A stretch of 56,169 bases of DNA from a virus (IMGVR_UViG_3300037587_000914:1-56169), one strand, 5' to 3'; shown: positions 9,711 through 19,499, counted from the stretch's first letter. The notes: generated from the letters alone by a model not told the origin. A program made the numbers and translations.

Positions 9711-10712
9711 TTAATTGTTATGGATAGAAGCAAGCACCGTACGGGCTAAAACACTGGCCATCATCGGAGGGATAGCGTTTGCCACTTGCTGCCATCTTTC
9801 CTCATGCAGGCCCAAAAAAACATAATCTTCCGGAAAACTCTGCGCTCTGCATGCCTCCAGAAAAGACACATTCCGTAATACGCCATTGTCCCATACCAAG
9901 GTAGAATGTGACGACGCTCCAGACCCGCGATACATGACTCCTAGTACCGTCATCATCATGTCTTCATCGTCAATTATCTGCACAGAAAAGCCATTGCCTC
10001 TGGCACTATGCCTTCCATACCGCCTAAGCACACCCTTTAGAGCCTTTGCCGTAAGTGGCTTCATCCCCAAACCATCTCTTATTTTGCCAAAACGAACATA
10101 CTCTTCCTTCATATCAAACAAACTACGTTTCTTAGTATGGGTTGGCTCCGGAAAAACAATATTATCCCTTAATGATGCTATCCCCCAAAGCCGTAATCTG
10201 CGTTGTGGTATCCCATAATCCGCCACATTTAAAACTTGCCACTCTGTGCTATAACCACACTCCTGAAGCTTATAATTTAAGTAATCAAAACCATTACTAC
10301 TTTTATACTCACGCACATTCTCAAAGATTATTGTTTCCGGTAATAATTGCATAAGAACATCCGCAACACTTTCTGAAATATCACGCTCATCATTTTCCAA
10401 AAGCCGCTTTCCAATTCTCGTGAAAGGCTGACAAGGAATACCGCAAAACACCAAATCTACCTTATCAAGACCGGCAGTATTCAGCTTCCGGATATCAGTC
10501 CTAAACATATTTACATCACGGTGATTGTACCTGGCAGTCTCAACAGCAGCTTCGTTATAATCTAACGCCCACACTGGACGTATTCCTGCCATCTTTACTC
10601 CTAATATATCCCCCCCAGCACCACAACATATATGCCCCGACCTCACACTACTGTCAGAGTAGCTGCTATTGTCACCACCTATCTCAAATTTTAATCCTAA
10701 TTCTCTGGTCAT
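9711..10712 (-). CDS. DNA (cytosine-5) methyltransferase
   Basis: CGAGG, GIPCQPF, FENV, QRRLR, RAQSFP. Confidence 0.92.
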   Translation of the reverse strand: MTRELGLKFEIGGDNSSYSDSSVRSGHICCGAGGDILGVKMAGIRPVWALDYNEAAVETARYNHRDVNMFRTDIRKLNTAGLDKVDLVFCGIPCQPFTRIGKRLLENDERDISESVADVLMQLLPETIIFENVREYKSSNGFDYLNYKLQECGYSTEWQVLNVADYGIPQRRLRLWGIASLRDNIVFPEPTHTKKRSLFDMKEEYVRFGKIRDGLGMKPLTAKALKGVLRRYGRHSARGNGFSVQIIDDEDMMMTVLGVMYRGSGASSHSTLVWDNGVLRNVSFLEACRAQSFPEDYVFLGLHEERWQQVANAIPPMMASVLARTVLASIHNN

Positions 10713-11158
10713 AAGCTAATTAATTCTTGTATTTGTGCTGTAAATTTAATGAGATAATTAGTTTCTATTCGGCTCAAATCTTGCCACCTTGGCACGTCCG
10801 GAGGAGCCTCTTCATGTGTTGTTTCGTACGCTTTTTTTGCTAAATATTCGGGCGTATAACCAACCGCTTGAGGTTTTTTATACTTCCTATGAGTTATCTG
10901 GTACATTGCAGGAGTCACATGATTTAGTGCCTCTAAAAATTTAATATCATCACCTAATAGCTCACACAACACAATCCTTGCCTCTTCTAGCCGATCAATG
11001 TCGCCCTGTGGCACAACAACCGCTTCATCCGGCTTGCCAGGCTCCTGCGATTCTACAGAATCATTGACATGCGTAACGTCATTGCCAAATTCCCGGATAT
11101 CATCTTCCTCAGAATACCCAATACCTTCAGGATGATCATTTTCACATTTATCTTTCAT
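10709..11158 (-). CDS. Hypothetical protein
   Basis: AAGGAG RBS; shares EPGKP.EA and its leader with 11177-11812. Confidence 0.65.
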   Translation of the reverse strand: MKDKCENDHPEGIGYSEEDDIREFGNDVTHVNDSVESQEPGKPDEAVVVPQGDIDRLEEARIVLCELLGDDIKFLEALNHVTPAMYQITHRKYKKPQAVGYTPEYLAKKAYETTHEEAPPDVPRWQDLSRIETNYLIKFTAQIQELISL

Positions 11159-11176
11159 CTATTCCATTCTCCTTGT

Positions 11177-11812
11177 TTATGTGGATACAATTAGGTGCAA
11201 ACCGTCCTCCTGCCTTTCAATCCGATCTCCCCAATCGACATATACCCTTTTACCACGATAATCTACTAATGGAAGACACCTGGAATTACACGGCTGGCAA
11301 CCACGAGGTCCATTGTCTTCATATTCACCATGGTCCTGACATATTGGACACGGAGGAACATCACCTATAAATTTAGCAACTTCTCGGCAATTATCCGGAG
11401 AACTTGTGTATACGATAAAGTCATCTCGCAATTCACCGTTATCCTGGCATGTCTCAACTCCACCCCACCAATAAATCATGTCACCCTCTTCTACATCCCA
11501 CTGTTCCCTAATATCCATACCATGCTTCTCTTCATTATAAGGAACATGTTCAATCAACTTATGTTTTACCGCCAGATTCGCAAGTTCATAAATAGTTTCG
11601 TCACCCGATCCATCGCCCACTGATTCCTTTATCACACCTAACACCGCTTTGCCAAAAGAGGCACAACCATCCGCTTCACACGGCTTGCCAGGCTCATTAC
11701 TTGACGGTGTCTCTTTTCCGCAACGAGTACATTTCCCGTCCTTAATGACATCGGGATAATATTGAGTCCAGTTGCGTACACCTTTTAAGCGACATATACA
11801 TTTATCTTCCAT
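11177..11812 (-). CDS. Cys-rich mosaic hypothetical protein
   Basis: AAGGAG RBS; several CxxC pairs. Confidence 0.65.
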   Translation of the reverse strand: MEDKCICRLKGVRNWTQYYPDVIKDGKCTRCGKETPSSNEPGKPCEADGCASFGKAVLGVIKESVGDGSGDETIYELANLAVKHKLIEHVPYNEEKHGMDIREQWDVEEGDMIYWWGGVETCQDNGELRDDFIVYTSSPDNCREVAKFIGDVPPCPICQDHGEYEDNGPRGCQPCNSRCLPLVDYRGKRVYVDWGDRIERQEDGLHLIVST

Positions 11813-11839
11813 CTATTCTATTCTCCTTCCTTTGCGTGA

Positions 11840-12142
11840 TTAAAACCCTTTGTTGCCTATAGCATCTTCATCACTTGGAGGCGGAGGTGGAGGCGGTGCA
11901 GCCGGCTTTGGCGGTATATATTTACCAAGCACTGCATACTCATTCGCGACACTTTTAGACGGTGCGCATTTTTGGCAAAGATACCGCCAACGTCCAGCGC
12001 CATTGAAAAACGGCCCTGTCAAAAACCGAAACCCTTTTTCCCTGCGAAAGTCCCTTTTGCAACATGAGCATTTCTGTCAAAAAAACAACCCATAATGCTT
12101 ATAAATTCCATGGTCATATTGCTTAACGTGTTCTCTCTTCAT
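11840..12142 (-). pseudogene. Zn-finger/Pro-rich ORF interrupted by an in-frame TGA at 12077-12079
   Basis: MKREHVKQYDHGIYKHYGLFF*QKCSCCKRDFRREKGFRFLTGP...CQKC reads in one frame. Confidence 0.6.
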
Positions 12143-12187
12143 TTTTATCCTTTCTTTGCGCTCTCTGCGTCTTTGCGGTGAGAAATC

Positions 12188-13039
12188 CTAATTCCCCACA
12201 TCCACAAACGCCATAATCTTCTGCATCTGCATCTCACTGCAGGCCGGATTTAGCCAGACCACCTCAGTTCGTACCGCCGTGCCTCTTCCTGCGCTGATCC
12301 GTGCCGGTGTCGAGTGTCGTGTCCAAGTGCTCAACATATCGTTATAGATGTCACTGTCATAGCCTGACAGCACTACCAACCCGGTAACCCGATTTAGCCG
12401 CTCCAGCAGCTGGATATGATCATCATCCGTTAATTCATGGTTGTAATATCTACTCGAACCAATATTCCTGGTGGAATGTACGTAAGGTGGATCTACATAA
12501 TACAAGGTATTCTCTCGATCGTGATTTTCAATAACCTCTATCGCCGATTTGTTCTCGACGACTACTGATTGCATCCGTTTAGCGAATACAGAGATCTGGC
12601 TTGGATACTTGGCCCAGAGATGCGCTGCCGTTCCATATTTCCGAGCGCTATCGATGCGGAATCCGGTCTTATGCTTGGTAGCACCTGCAGAACCAAAGCC
12701 CTGGTGTGCTCTAATCAATGTACGCCTGGCACGCTCTACTGGATCTTCTGTCAGTTCGTAGCTAATATCAAACTCAGCGCGGGCGTAGGGCGTCACTAAT
12801 AAAAGCCTAAGCAGCTCATCAACTGAGGCTTTGTCCTGCAGCACACGAAAGACATTAACAATATCCCCATCAAGATCGTTATAGACTTCACTCATCGATC
12901 GCGGCTTCTGTAACAAGACCCCAGCTGCACCACCAAACGGCTCAACATAAGTGTAATGCTCCGGAAAAAACGACATGATCCATGGCGCAATCCTGAACTT
13001 ACCTCCGTGATATCTCATTACCGGATGTCGAATCTTCAT
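12188..13039 (-). CDS. DNA adenine methyltransferase (D12/Dam class)
   Basis: RYHGGK, YVEPFGG, YNDLD, YVDPPY. Confidence 0.93.
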   Translation of the reverse strand: MKIRHPVMRYHGGKFRIAPWIMSFFPEHYTYVEPFGGAAGVLLQKPRSMSEVYNDLDGDIVNVFRVLQDKASVDELLRLLLVTPYARAEFDISYELTEDPVERARRTLIRAHQGFGSAGATKHKTGFRIDSARKYGTAAHLWAKYPSQISVFAKRMQSVVVENKSAIEVIENHDRENTLYYVDPPYVHSTRNIGSSRYYNHELTDDDHIQLLERLNRVTGLVVLSGYDSDIYNDMLSTWTRHSTPARISAGRGTAVRTEVVWLNPACSEMQMQKIMAFVDVGN

Positions 13040-13084
13040 AACTTCCCACCAATATAAAGAATAAAATTTTTCATGATTTTCTTT

Positions 13085-13375
13085 TCAAGATTTCACGGTG
13101 CAGTAATTTCCACACACTTGATAAAGCCAATTTTCATATTTAATCCGTAATTTTCTTTCACGCTCGTGATAATGATCAATGTCTCTACTGGAATATTCCT
13201 TCTGCAAAAGCTTAACGCCTGGTGTCTGAAATCGATTTCTTGTGTTTTCACGGTCATATACCACTAACGACATATCCAGTAATTCCCGACTCAGATCGCT
13301 GGTAGATTTCATAATCGGGTGTTGCATTGCCAACACCTTTTTTGTAAATTCTTTTTTTGTTTTTACTGTATCCAT
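13085..13375 (-). CDS. Hypothetical protein
   Basis: ORF track, operon orientation. Confidence 0.55.
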   Translation of the reverse strand: MDTVKTKKEFTKKVLAMQHPIMKSTSDLSRELLDMSLVVYDRENTRNRFQTPGVKLLQKEYSSRDIDHYHERERKLRIKYENWLYQVCGNYCTVKS

Positions 13376-13421
13376 TTGTTTCTTTGCGTTCTCTGCGACT
13401 TTGCGTGATTATTCCATGAAT

Positions 13422-13610
13422 TTATCTTACTTTTATTTCATTAGCACTTGCAGGAAACACAGAAAGAGCGTGATCATCACCCTGCTTACTTATACGGAAA
13501 ACGGAGTCAGGTTCATGAGTGATGACATAACTATTTTCCCCAATCTCAAATTCAATCCTCTCCACATTTTGATGCATGTGCTTACAATTTCCAAGTCGTG
13601 TTATCTTCAT
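13422..13610 (-). CDS. Hypothetical protein
   Basis: AAGGGG RBS. Confidence 0.55.
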   Translation of the reverse strand: MKITRLGNCKHMHQNVERIEFEIGENSYVITHEPDSVFRISKQGDDHALSVFPASANEIKVR

Positions 13611-13622
13611 ATCGCCCCTTTA

Positions 13623-14045
13623 TTAGCCTAATCCATTTCTACCAAAGCCGAATGCTTCAAGCGCGTCTTCCACCGTTAAGTCTTCTGACCGTACTCCCAT
13701 TAAATAATGTCTGCCATTCGACAGGCTTTCGTTCATTTTAGAGGATTTTTCCTCTGAGATCTTAGCGTCTTCCTGTCCTCGGCGCAGTTTGTCCGGGGAG
13801 CGTGATAACCTCTCATTAAAAGCCCTGGCGATTTCATTACCCAAAGCAGTAGCAGCTTCAAACGACTCCTTAGCATCAACCATACTGTCAGTATCAAAAA
13901 GCATAATCTGAGCGAAGGGAATATTCATATTGGCTTTTATACACAGATTCACCGACGAGTATTTATTCTTCGGAACACACACAATCTCCAACTCATCCAA
14001 CGGGATATCACCATCAACACAACTACTGATAAATTTAATATTCAT
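13623..14045 (-). CDS. Hypothetical protein containing an in-frame repeat insertion
   Basis: Start MNIKF after AAGGAG; 13752-13806 is a nested repeat. Confidence 0.6.
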   Translation of the reverse strand: MNIKFISSCVDGDIPLDELEIVCVPKNKYSSVNLCIKANMNIPFAQIMLFDTDSMVDAKESFEAATALGNEIARAFNERLSRSPDKLRRGQEDAKISEEKSSKMNESLSNGRHYLMGVRSEDLTVEDALEAFGFGRNGLG

Positions 14046-14172
14046 TATTTTCTCCTTTTGGGCGAACACATAGGTTAGCCCCTACATTAAAATCCCTTTA
14101 AATCCCAAATCTGAAATCGTAATTCGTAAATCATCTCATCCTTTGCGTTCTTGGCGTAATTATTCTGTTTGC

Positions 14173-14364
14173 TTAAACAAAAAACTTACACCACCCGGCC
14201 GCCTCTACGCTCATACCCAACTTGTTACACCTCGGCACCTTGATATCGACCGAATGTGAACACAGAAGACAATTCTCCCGCAGATTCCCCATCTCAGCGT
14301 CATACTGTGCGGTCTTCCTCGCCTCCACAAACTCCTTTGATTCATCATCATAAGCCATAAACAA
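14173..14364 (-). CDS. Small Cys-rich protein
   Basis: CLLCSH..C..WC. Confidence 0.55.
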   Translation of the reverse strand: MFMAYDDESKEFVEARKTAQYDAEMGNLRENCLLCSHSVDIKVPRCNKLGMSVEAAGWCKFFV

Positions 14365-14370
14365 ATACTC

Positions 14371-14601
14371 CTATACAACCTCAACTGTTTCGTTCCTGGA
14401 AAAAGCTTCTCTTTCATGGTATCGCTTATCACCGTTGTAAACTTCTCCAAGAGTAACACGGTGCAAATTGTGACAGACCGTGTTTACAATCCTTTCGGGA
14501 TCCATACACTCATCGCCACACACCGGGCATGTCCAAGCACCATAAATTTCTCCTTTTATTCTGCTCATTGATTTTTCATTAAACCTCAATCTTTTGTCCA
14601 T
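14371..14601 (-). CDS. Small Zn-ribbon protein
   Basis: WTCPVCG..C..C. Confidence 0.6.
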   Translation of the reverse strand: MDKRLRFNEKSMSRIKGEIYGAWTCPVCGDECMDPERIVNTVCHNLHRVTLGEVYNGDKRYHEREAFSRNETVEVV

Positions 14602-14941
14602 ACTTCCAATTGTCTATATATTCCTGATCTTGTTTTTTTACTTCATCAGGCAATGTTGACGGTGGTCGATATGTCTTGCCTTCATGTTTCGTAGCAACTG
14701 CGATCTTCCTGCCATTTGCAATTAAATAATTTTGACTAACCTTTTTATATGCCGCTTGCCTATCTTCCAACAGTTTACTTGTTGGTGCATCTTCACCTGA
14801 ACCCAGCATTCCACCCGTAAAACCACAATAAGGGTACCAATACTCTGCACCAGAAAATGCAAAAGTCCAAATTAGCGGTACTTGATAATCTTCGTGGCTA
14901 TAATCATTACAGATTTTAATTGTTTTTTTATCCATACTCAT
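14579..14941 (-). CDS. Hypothetical protein
   Basis: GGAGG RBS. Confidence 0.65.
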   Translation of the reverse strand: MSMDKKTIKICNDYSHEDYQVPLIWTFAFSGAEYWYPYCGFTGGMLGSGEDAPTSKLLEDRQAAYKKVSQNYLIANGRKIAVATKHEGKTYRPPSTLPDEVKKQDQEYIDNWKYGQKIEV

Positions 14942-14956
14942 CCCTCCTTTGCGTTC

Positions 14957-15304
14957 TTAGCGGCTCTTGTCCTCGGCGCCTTTTGTCCGGGGAGGCGTGA
15001 TATCCTCTTCACCCTCTAACCGCCGAACACACTGTTCTGCATCAAAAAGCCTTGTTATGCTATAGCCCCGCCCAAAGCGGCCGTCCCACATCCTCATCTC
15101 TCGATAAGCATTCAACAACAACTGATCACGGTCAGGTGCTTCCGGACATTCAGGCCATTTAATACCATCAAATTTATAACTACACCATGGCCGCTTGCAC
15201 CTACTCGGTGTTGTAACGTCATGTTTTTCACCCTCGTATTCCAGATCGTGATAACCAAACCTGCACCTAATCCAGTTAATTACCCGTTTCAAAAAATCTT
15301 TCAT
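14957..15304 (-). CDS. Hypothetical protein (CRFGYHD N-terminal motif)
   Basis: N-terminus paralogous to 15600-16010. Confidence 0.65.
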   Translation of the reverse strand: MKDFLKRVINWIRCRFGYHDLEYEGEKHDVTTPSRCKRPWCSYKFDGIKWPECPEAPDRDQLLLNAYREMRMWDGRFGRGYSITRLFDAEQCVRRLEGEEDITPPRTKGAEDKSR

Positions 15305-15603
15305 GATATAATTGATCTCCTGTATATTGGTTTATACTTATTCCTTCTGTTCCAATTGCTTGTTTGGCTCTTTGAGTTTTTTATTATTAATTCATTATCT
15401 TTGAATACCTCACTGTCCCTCAGTATATTGGAAAATACTACGATTTTCTCCGTTGTACCTCTTGCTGCTGTGCCTATAGACGCACAGGCGTCTGTTAATC
15501 TTTCAATTACTTGTGCCCGTTGAATCGCATAAGCAATTGCTGCATGCTTTAACCCTTCAAGATGGCCAATCAATAACAGGTTAGTATTACTATCATTCCT
15601 CAT
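15301..15603 (-). CDS. Hypothetical protein
   Basis: ATGA overlaps at both ends. Confidence 0.55.
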   Translation of the reverse strand: MRNDSNTNLLLIGHLEGLKHAAIAYAIQRAQVIERLTDACASIGTAARGTTEKIVVFSNILRDSEVFKDNELIIKNSKSQTSNWNRRNKYKPIYRRSIIS

Positions 15604-16010
15604 TTCCCCACCACTTTCTTCTGAAAGTCATCCCACAATTTACATTTGCCCGTATCAGTGATTTCAACCGCAGCCGGCGACGCACACTCTCCGCTTGCAT
15701 ATAGATAACATTGATTGTTTTTGCAATAAAGCCGATACCCATAATCCCTCGACATAAAACTATGGCTGATACCTGGCATCAAACCACTCACACCGTTTTC
15801 CAGATTAGTTTCTTCTTGATCAGGCCATTCAATACAATGCGGAGGAGAAGGATATTTAAGCCCGTGCCATTTATAATTACATCCTTTGCGCACGCAATGA
15901 CGAGGTGTGCGATTCCCACCGGCATAACCCTTCTTTGGCGTATACACCAGATCGTGATAACCGAACCTGCACTTAACCCAGCCTATTATCTTTTTCATTA
16001 ATTCTTTCAT
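15600..16010 (-). CDS. Hypothetical Cys-rich protein (CRFGYHD motif)
   Basis: N-terminus paralogous to 14957-15304. Confidence 0.65.
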   Translation of the reverse strand: MKELMKKIIGWVKCRFGYHDLVYTPKKGYAGGNRTPRHCVRKGCNYKWHGLKYPSPPHCIEWPDQEETNLENGVSGLMPGISHSFMSRDYGYRLYCKNNQCYLYASGECASPAAVEITDTGKCKLWDDFQKKVVGK

Positions 16011-16024
16011 AATTCCCTCTACTG

Positions 16025-16213
16025 TTATCTGTTTTTAGTCATCTTCCTGCTAATCGCCTTCAGTGTTATTGTCTGTTCTTTAATATTCACTTCTTTTACC
16101 CTGAAAGCACAATTTTTAACTGTTACAGTTTCGTCTACGTTCCAATCAACCCAACCCTTCGGAACATCTTTAAGACTTTTAAATTCTTTTATTTCTCCTG
16201 TATCTGGATTCAT
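16025..16213 (-). CDS. Hypothetical protein
   Basis: GAGGGG RBS. Confidence 0.6.
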   Translation of the reverse strand: MNPDTGEIKEFKSLKDVPKGWVDWNVDETVTVKNCAFRVKEVNIKEQTITLKAISRKMTKNR

Positions 16214-16298
16214 TTTCCCCTCTTTTCCTTTCTTTGCGATCTCCTCGTCAAACCATATTTAAACTACTTAAACAGTTCAAACAGTTTAAGCGGTCCTT

Positions 16299-16745
16299 TT
16301 ACGTCGGTGCCTCCAATAACCCTCTAAAACTCTTCTCCTTCAACTTCTCGTAATAAGTCTTGTCCTGTGATGCGTCATATACATAAGCCAAAAATGATTC
16401 CACAATCTCTTCCTGCCCCAATTCAATAAGAGCCATTTTCACTTCGATCCAATCATGTATTATTTTCCATGCCGTGCGTTCTGCCTGTTCTACTACTCTT
16501 TTTTCTGTCTGTGTGGTTGGCCTTTTTACCTTTGCCCTGAGTATTGCCTGACATTTTTCTTTTTTTGCCGGAAGCTTAAAAGGTATCTCTTTGCCGTTAA
16601 CCGGAATGATAAAGAAAATTGCATCAAGTGCATTATCCTCATCGTATTCCTTCATGATCTTCCTCGCACCACACAAAACAAGCTTGTTCTCTATATTTGC
16701 CACTGACTGTTTTGCCGGCACACTTGACGTATAATTTTTAAGCAT
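16299..16745 (-). CDS. Phage hypothetical protein
   Basis: KNYTSSV..AERTAWKIIHDW resembles a recurrent phage family (recollection). Confidence 0.7.
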   Translation of the reverse strand: MLKNYTSSVPAKQSVANIENKLVLCGARKIMKEYDEDNALDAIFFIIPVNGKEIPFKLPAKKEKCQAILRAKVKRPTTQTEKRVVEQAERTAWKIIHDWIEVKMALIELGQEEIVESFLAYVYDASQDKTYYEKLKEKSFRGLLEAPT

Positions 16746-17256
16746 TTTTATTTCCTTCTTTCTTCCGGATTAACAATAACTTCTTCATCTCCTCCAACCG
16801 GCTATGATTCCACTTTTTCAAAAAAGACAATTCCATTAACTTCTTCGCCTTGTCCCAGAACGGGTAAGATCTAATATCCTCTGCCGAAATTTCAGGAAGC
16901 ACTTCTCTTTTAAACTTTTTCTTCATCGCCTCTAAAAACAAATCAACATCCTTAACACCTCTTTTCTTACGTCTTTTAAGAAACTCACGATGTATCTTAC
17001 ATTTGCCCGGAATTTCCTCTTTAGAGCAATTACAAAAAGCAGACTGGTGTCCATAATGCTCGCAATGCGACATTTGGCACCCTGGAGGCTCTAGTGTTTT
17101 TAAGACATTCCATATAACTTCATTCAATTTGCTTTCAGTGATACCACGATTTATGAGCGTATATAGGAATCTATCAATATCGAGACTCTTTGGATCAAGC
17201 CCCCTATACGCAATAGCCTTTCTCAACCGTTCAAATTTCGCATATACATTATTCAT
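16738..17256 (-). CDS. Hypothetical protein
   Basis: ORF track; Cys cluster. Confidence 0.6.
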   Translation of the reverse strand: MNNVYAKFERLRKAIAYRGLDPKSLDIDRFLYTLINRGITESKLNEVIWNVLKTLEPPGCQMSHCEHYGHQSAFCNCSKEEIPGKCKIHREFLKRRKKRGVKDVDLFLEAMKKKFKREVLPEISAEDIRSYPFWDKAKKLMELSFLKKWNHSRLEEMKKLLLIRKKEGNKNA

Positions 17257-17266
17257 TTTTTAACCT

Positions 17267-17572
17267 TCAATTTCTTCCTTTATGTGAGGAATTAGCTTTT
17301 TCCTCTGCGTTCTCTGCGGCTTCGTGTGAGGCATTCTCCTTCTTTTCATTACCAAAAAGCGCCGGGATCCACAACTGCCCGGCATTCCTCCACTTCAACT
17401 TCCGATTAAGACGATCACGTCGTGTACCAGCCATCCGCATGTTTCCAATAATCCTCCTGCTCTTCCTGATACGAAGATCCACAAGGACATGCGCAACGAC
17501 GACATCTACACCCGCCTTCTCATAATCATCACGATGAACGCACATAACACCACTAATCTTCTTAGTTCTCAT
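17267..17572 (-). CDS. Hypothetical basic protein (probable start MRTKK)
   Basis: Overlaps upstream stop; C-terminus contains a CGCAGAG-type repeat. Confidence 0.45.
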   Translation of the reverse strand: MRTKKISGVMCVHRDDYEKAGVDVVVAHVLVDLRIRKSRRIIGNMRMAGTRRDRLNRKLKWRNAGQLWIPALFGNEKKENASHEAAENAEEKANSSHKGRN

Positions 17573-18140
17573 TATCCGTATCCTTAGTTTTTGGAGCATC
17601 CAGCGTTAATATTACGTATGGTGGACGAACACCTGCAGAGAAGCGATGCGCCGCCTCTAAGGACTTTTCTACCTTTGCCTTAATTGGTATTTCAGAGGAT
17701 TTCAATGCCCAGGACACACCCTTGGCGAAAGACTCTCCACACCCGACTGCGTCAAAAGGCTCTACTGGCTTGCCAACCTGAAAATCACTTTCAATTACAT
17801 ACAATTGACCTCTATACCCAACGATAAAACATCCGCCTTCATCAACGCCATTATCTACCTTTGCGTATCCGCCATCCTTTAAACATTTCCTCACGGCATC
17901 GATAAAATCAGTACACATATAATCGTAACTGTCTTGCTTTTCAGTTCTTGATGGAATTTCTAATGAAAATCTTAAAAGTTGACCCATCCGGAAGCTGCTC
18001 GTAAAGCCAAACAACATCTCTCCGTTACGGAAGACCTTCTCGTCCGCTCTTATCGCCATATTCAGCCCGGCCACTCCTGCAGAATCACCCCCGATACAAA
18101 TATTACCCTTACCATCAGTCCACCCAACAATACAAGTCAT
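17562..18140 (-). CDS. Ntn-hydrolase, HslV/proteasome beta-like protein
   Basis: M-T-CIVG N-terminal Thr, GGDSAG, AVGCG. Confidence 0.8.
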   Translation of the reverse strand: MTCIVGWTDGKGNICIGGDSAGVAGLNMAIRADEKVFRNGEMLFGFTSSFRMGQLLRFSLEIPSRTEKQDSYDYMCTDFIDAVRKCLKDGGYAKVDNGVDEGGCFIVGYRGQLYVIESDFQVGKPVEPFDAVGCGESFAKGVSWALKSSEIPIKAKVEKSLEAAHRFSAGVRPPYVILTLDAPKTKDTDNEN

Positions 18141-18272
18141 TCACGTCCCTCCTCTTTAATTAAAAATTAACTGATGCCCCATACCGGCTGAGGAAAGCAG
18201 CACGGCACAGGACACCACATCACCCACTGATGTACCTACCTTCCAGCAGTTACCATAGGTCACCTCCTTCCC

Positions 18273-18674
18273 TTATAAAGTGCTTAGTTTTGCTTTTAAA
18301 TTATTATCATGTATTATCTGACGCTCTTCTTCTTTCTTCCTTAAGTGGAGCGTATTCTTTTTATGAACATCATCAAGGCACCTTTTAATAACAAGCCATT
18401 TCTCTCTTAAGGCAGCCATTAGGAGCTCATAATGCACAGAGTATTCAGTGTTTACGCGGTGCGCCCATAGCATACTTCGTAAGCTTGTCCAATAAATGAA
18501 GCAATGCCTTGTGCTTTCTTTATCCATCTCTATCTCGTCCGTAGTGGCCTGACGAGTATACAATGGTGCTCCTGCCCTACACGACTTGATCAATGCCGCC
18601 CGATTAGTCCAGTCGCCTATAACAGCAACAAATGGTGTTAGGCGGTTTCTTGTTACAAAATATCTAACGATCAC
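18273..18674 (-). CDS. Hypothetical protein
   Basis: ORF track. Confidence 0.45.
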   Translation of the reverse strand: MIVRYFVTRNRLTPFVAVIGDWTNRAALIKSCRAGAPLYTRQATTDEIEMDKESTRHCFIYWTSLRSMLWAHRVNTEYSVHYELLMAALREKWLVIKRCLDDVHKKNTLHLRKKEEERQIIHDNNLKAKLSTL

Positions 18675-18684
18675 TGTAAAGTAC

Positions 18685-19035
18685 CTATTTCAATTCCTCT
18701 TCTATTTTATCACGCCAAGATTTTCCGTATTTTGCATACATCCATAGCATCCAATCTATTACCACTGCCTGTTCATCTTCTGCTGATGTTTCTATTTTAT
18801 GTCCAAGGCTCCTTAATCTCCTTGCTGTTGAAGCTAACACGAAGCATGGTCTTCCGAGTATCCACCTTCTTTCGTCATCGGATATAGTCACATAACCAAC
18901 CGCTTCAGAATCCGACTGGCAATTGCTCGTCCGATCTGGCCCTTCTAAGGCCGGATAATGTCCACAAAAAATACATTTTCCTCTACTGTCAACTTCACAA
19001 TTATCATTGCTGCATTTTAAATCCGGTGATCCCAT
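18685..19035 (-). CDS. Hypothetical protein
   Basis: GGAGAGG RBS. Confidence 0.6.
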   Translation of the reverse strand: MGSPDLKCSNDNCEVDSRGKCIFCGHYPALEGPDRTSNCQSDSEAVGYVTISDDERRWILGRPCFVLASTARRLRSLGHKIETSAEDEQAVVIDWMLWMYAKYGKSWRDKIEEELK

Positions 19036-19077
19036 ACCCTCTCCTTTTTTCAGCCAGCGGCTGATTCCTGAACCGTC

Positions 19078-19344
19078 CTATTTCAATAAACCAGGATACC
19101 TAGAGTCAATAACTTTCGCTGCTGACAGAAAAAGTTTTGCCGTTGTTACTGTCTGCGCATTCTTTGTCGTGCCATCAGTTTGTAGTACTTTGAAAGTAAG
19201 CATAACTGCCGGATTTATTTCTTCAGTCGCACTGTCTTTTGTAATAAGTTGAATCTGTCCGTAATCCGCTAACGTGTTGTTTCTCAAGGCCTCATCAAAT
19301 GCCTTGCCTGTCCCATCATCCAAAGTTATCCCAAAGGCTTCCAT
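19078..19344 (-). CDS. Hypothetical protein
   Basis: AGGA RBS. Confidence 0.6.
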   Translation of the reverse strand: MEAFGITLDDGTGKAFDEALRNNTLADYGQIQLITKDSATEEINPAVMLTFKVLQTDGTTKNAQTVTTAKLFLSAAKVIDSRYPGLLK

Positions 19345-19384
19345 TGTATATCTTCCTTTCTAATAATAAATAATGTCTCAGGAA

Positions 19385-19499
19385 TAGAACAAACGAGTGG
19401 AGCAACCTCACAAAATAGTAGAGGGCTTACGGTCCTCTACTGCCTCTTTGATGATGCAATCATATCGTCCTATCCTGCAAGGTTGCTCACTCAGTTCTA
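19385..19499 (-). ncRNA. Candidate structured RNA (three-way junction)
   Basis: Outer pairing tagaac/gttcta and gagcaacct/aggttgctc; inner hairpin agtagagg..cctctact with a GTAA (GNRA) loop on the minus strand. Confidence 0.45.

Noticed and set aside
12077-12079. Genome-wide TGA recoding
   Set aside because: TGA clearly terminates many genes, including ATGA overlaps at 1106, 4538, 10709 and 15301
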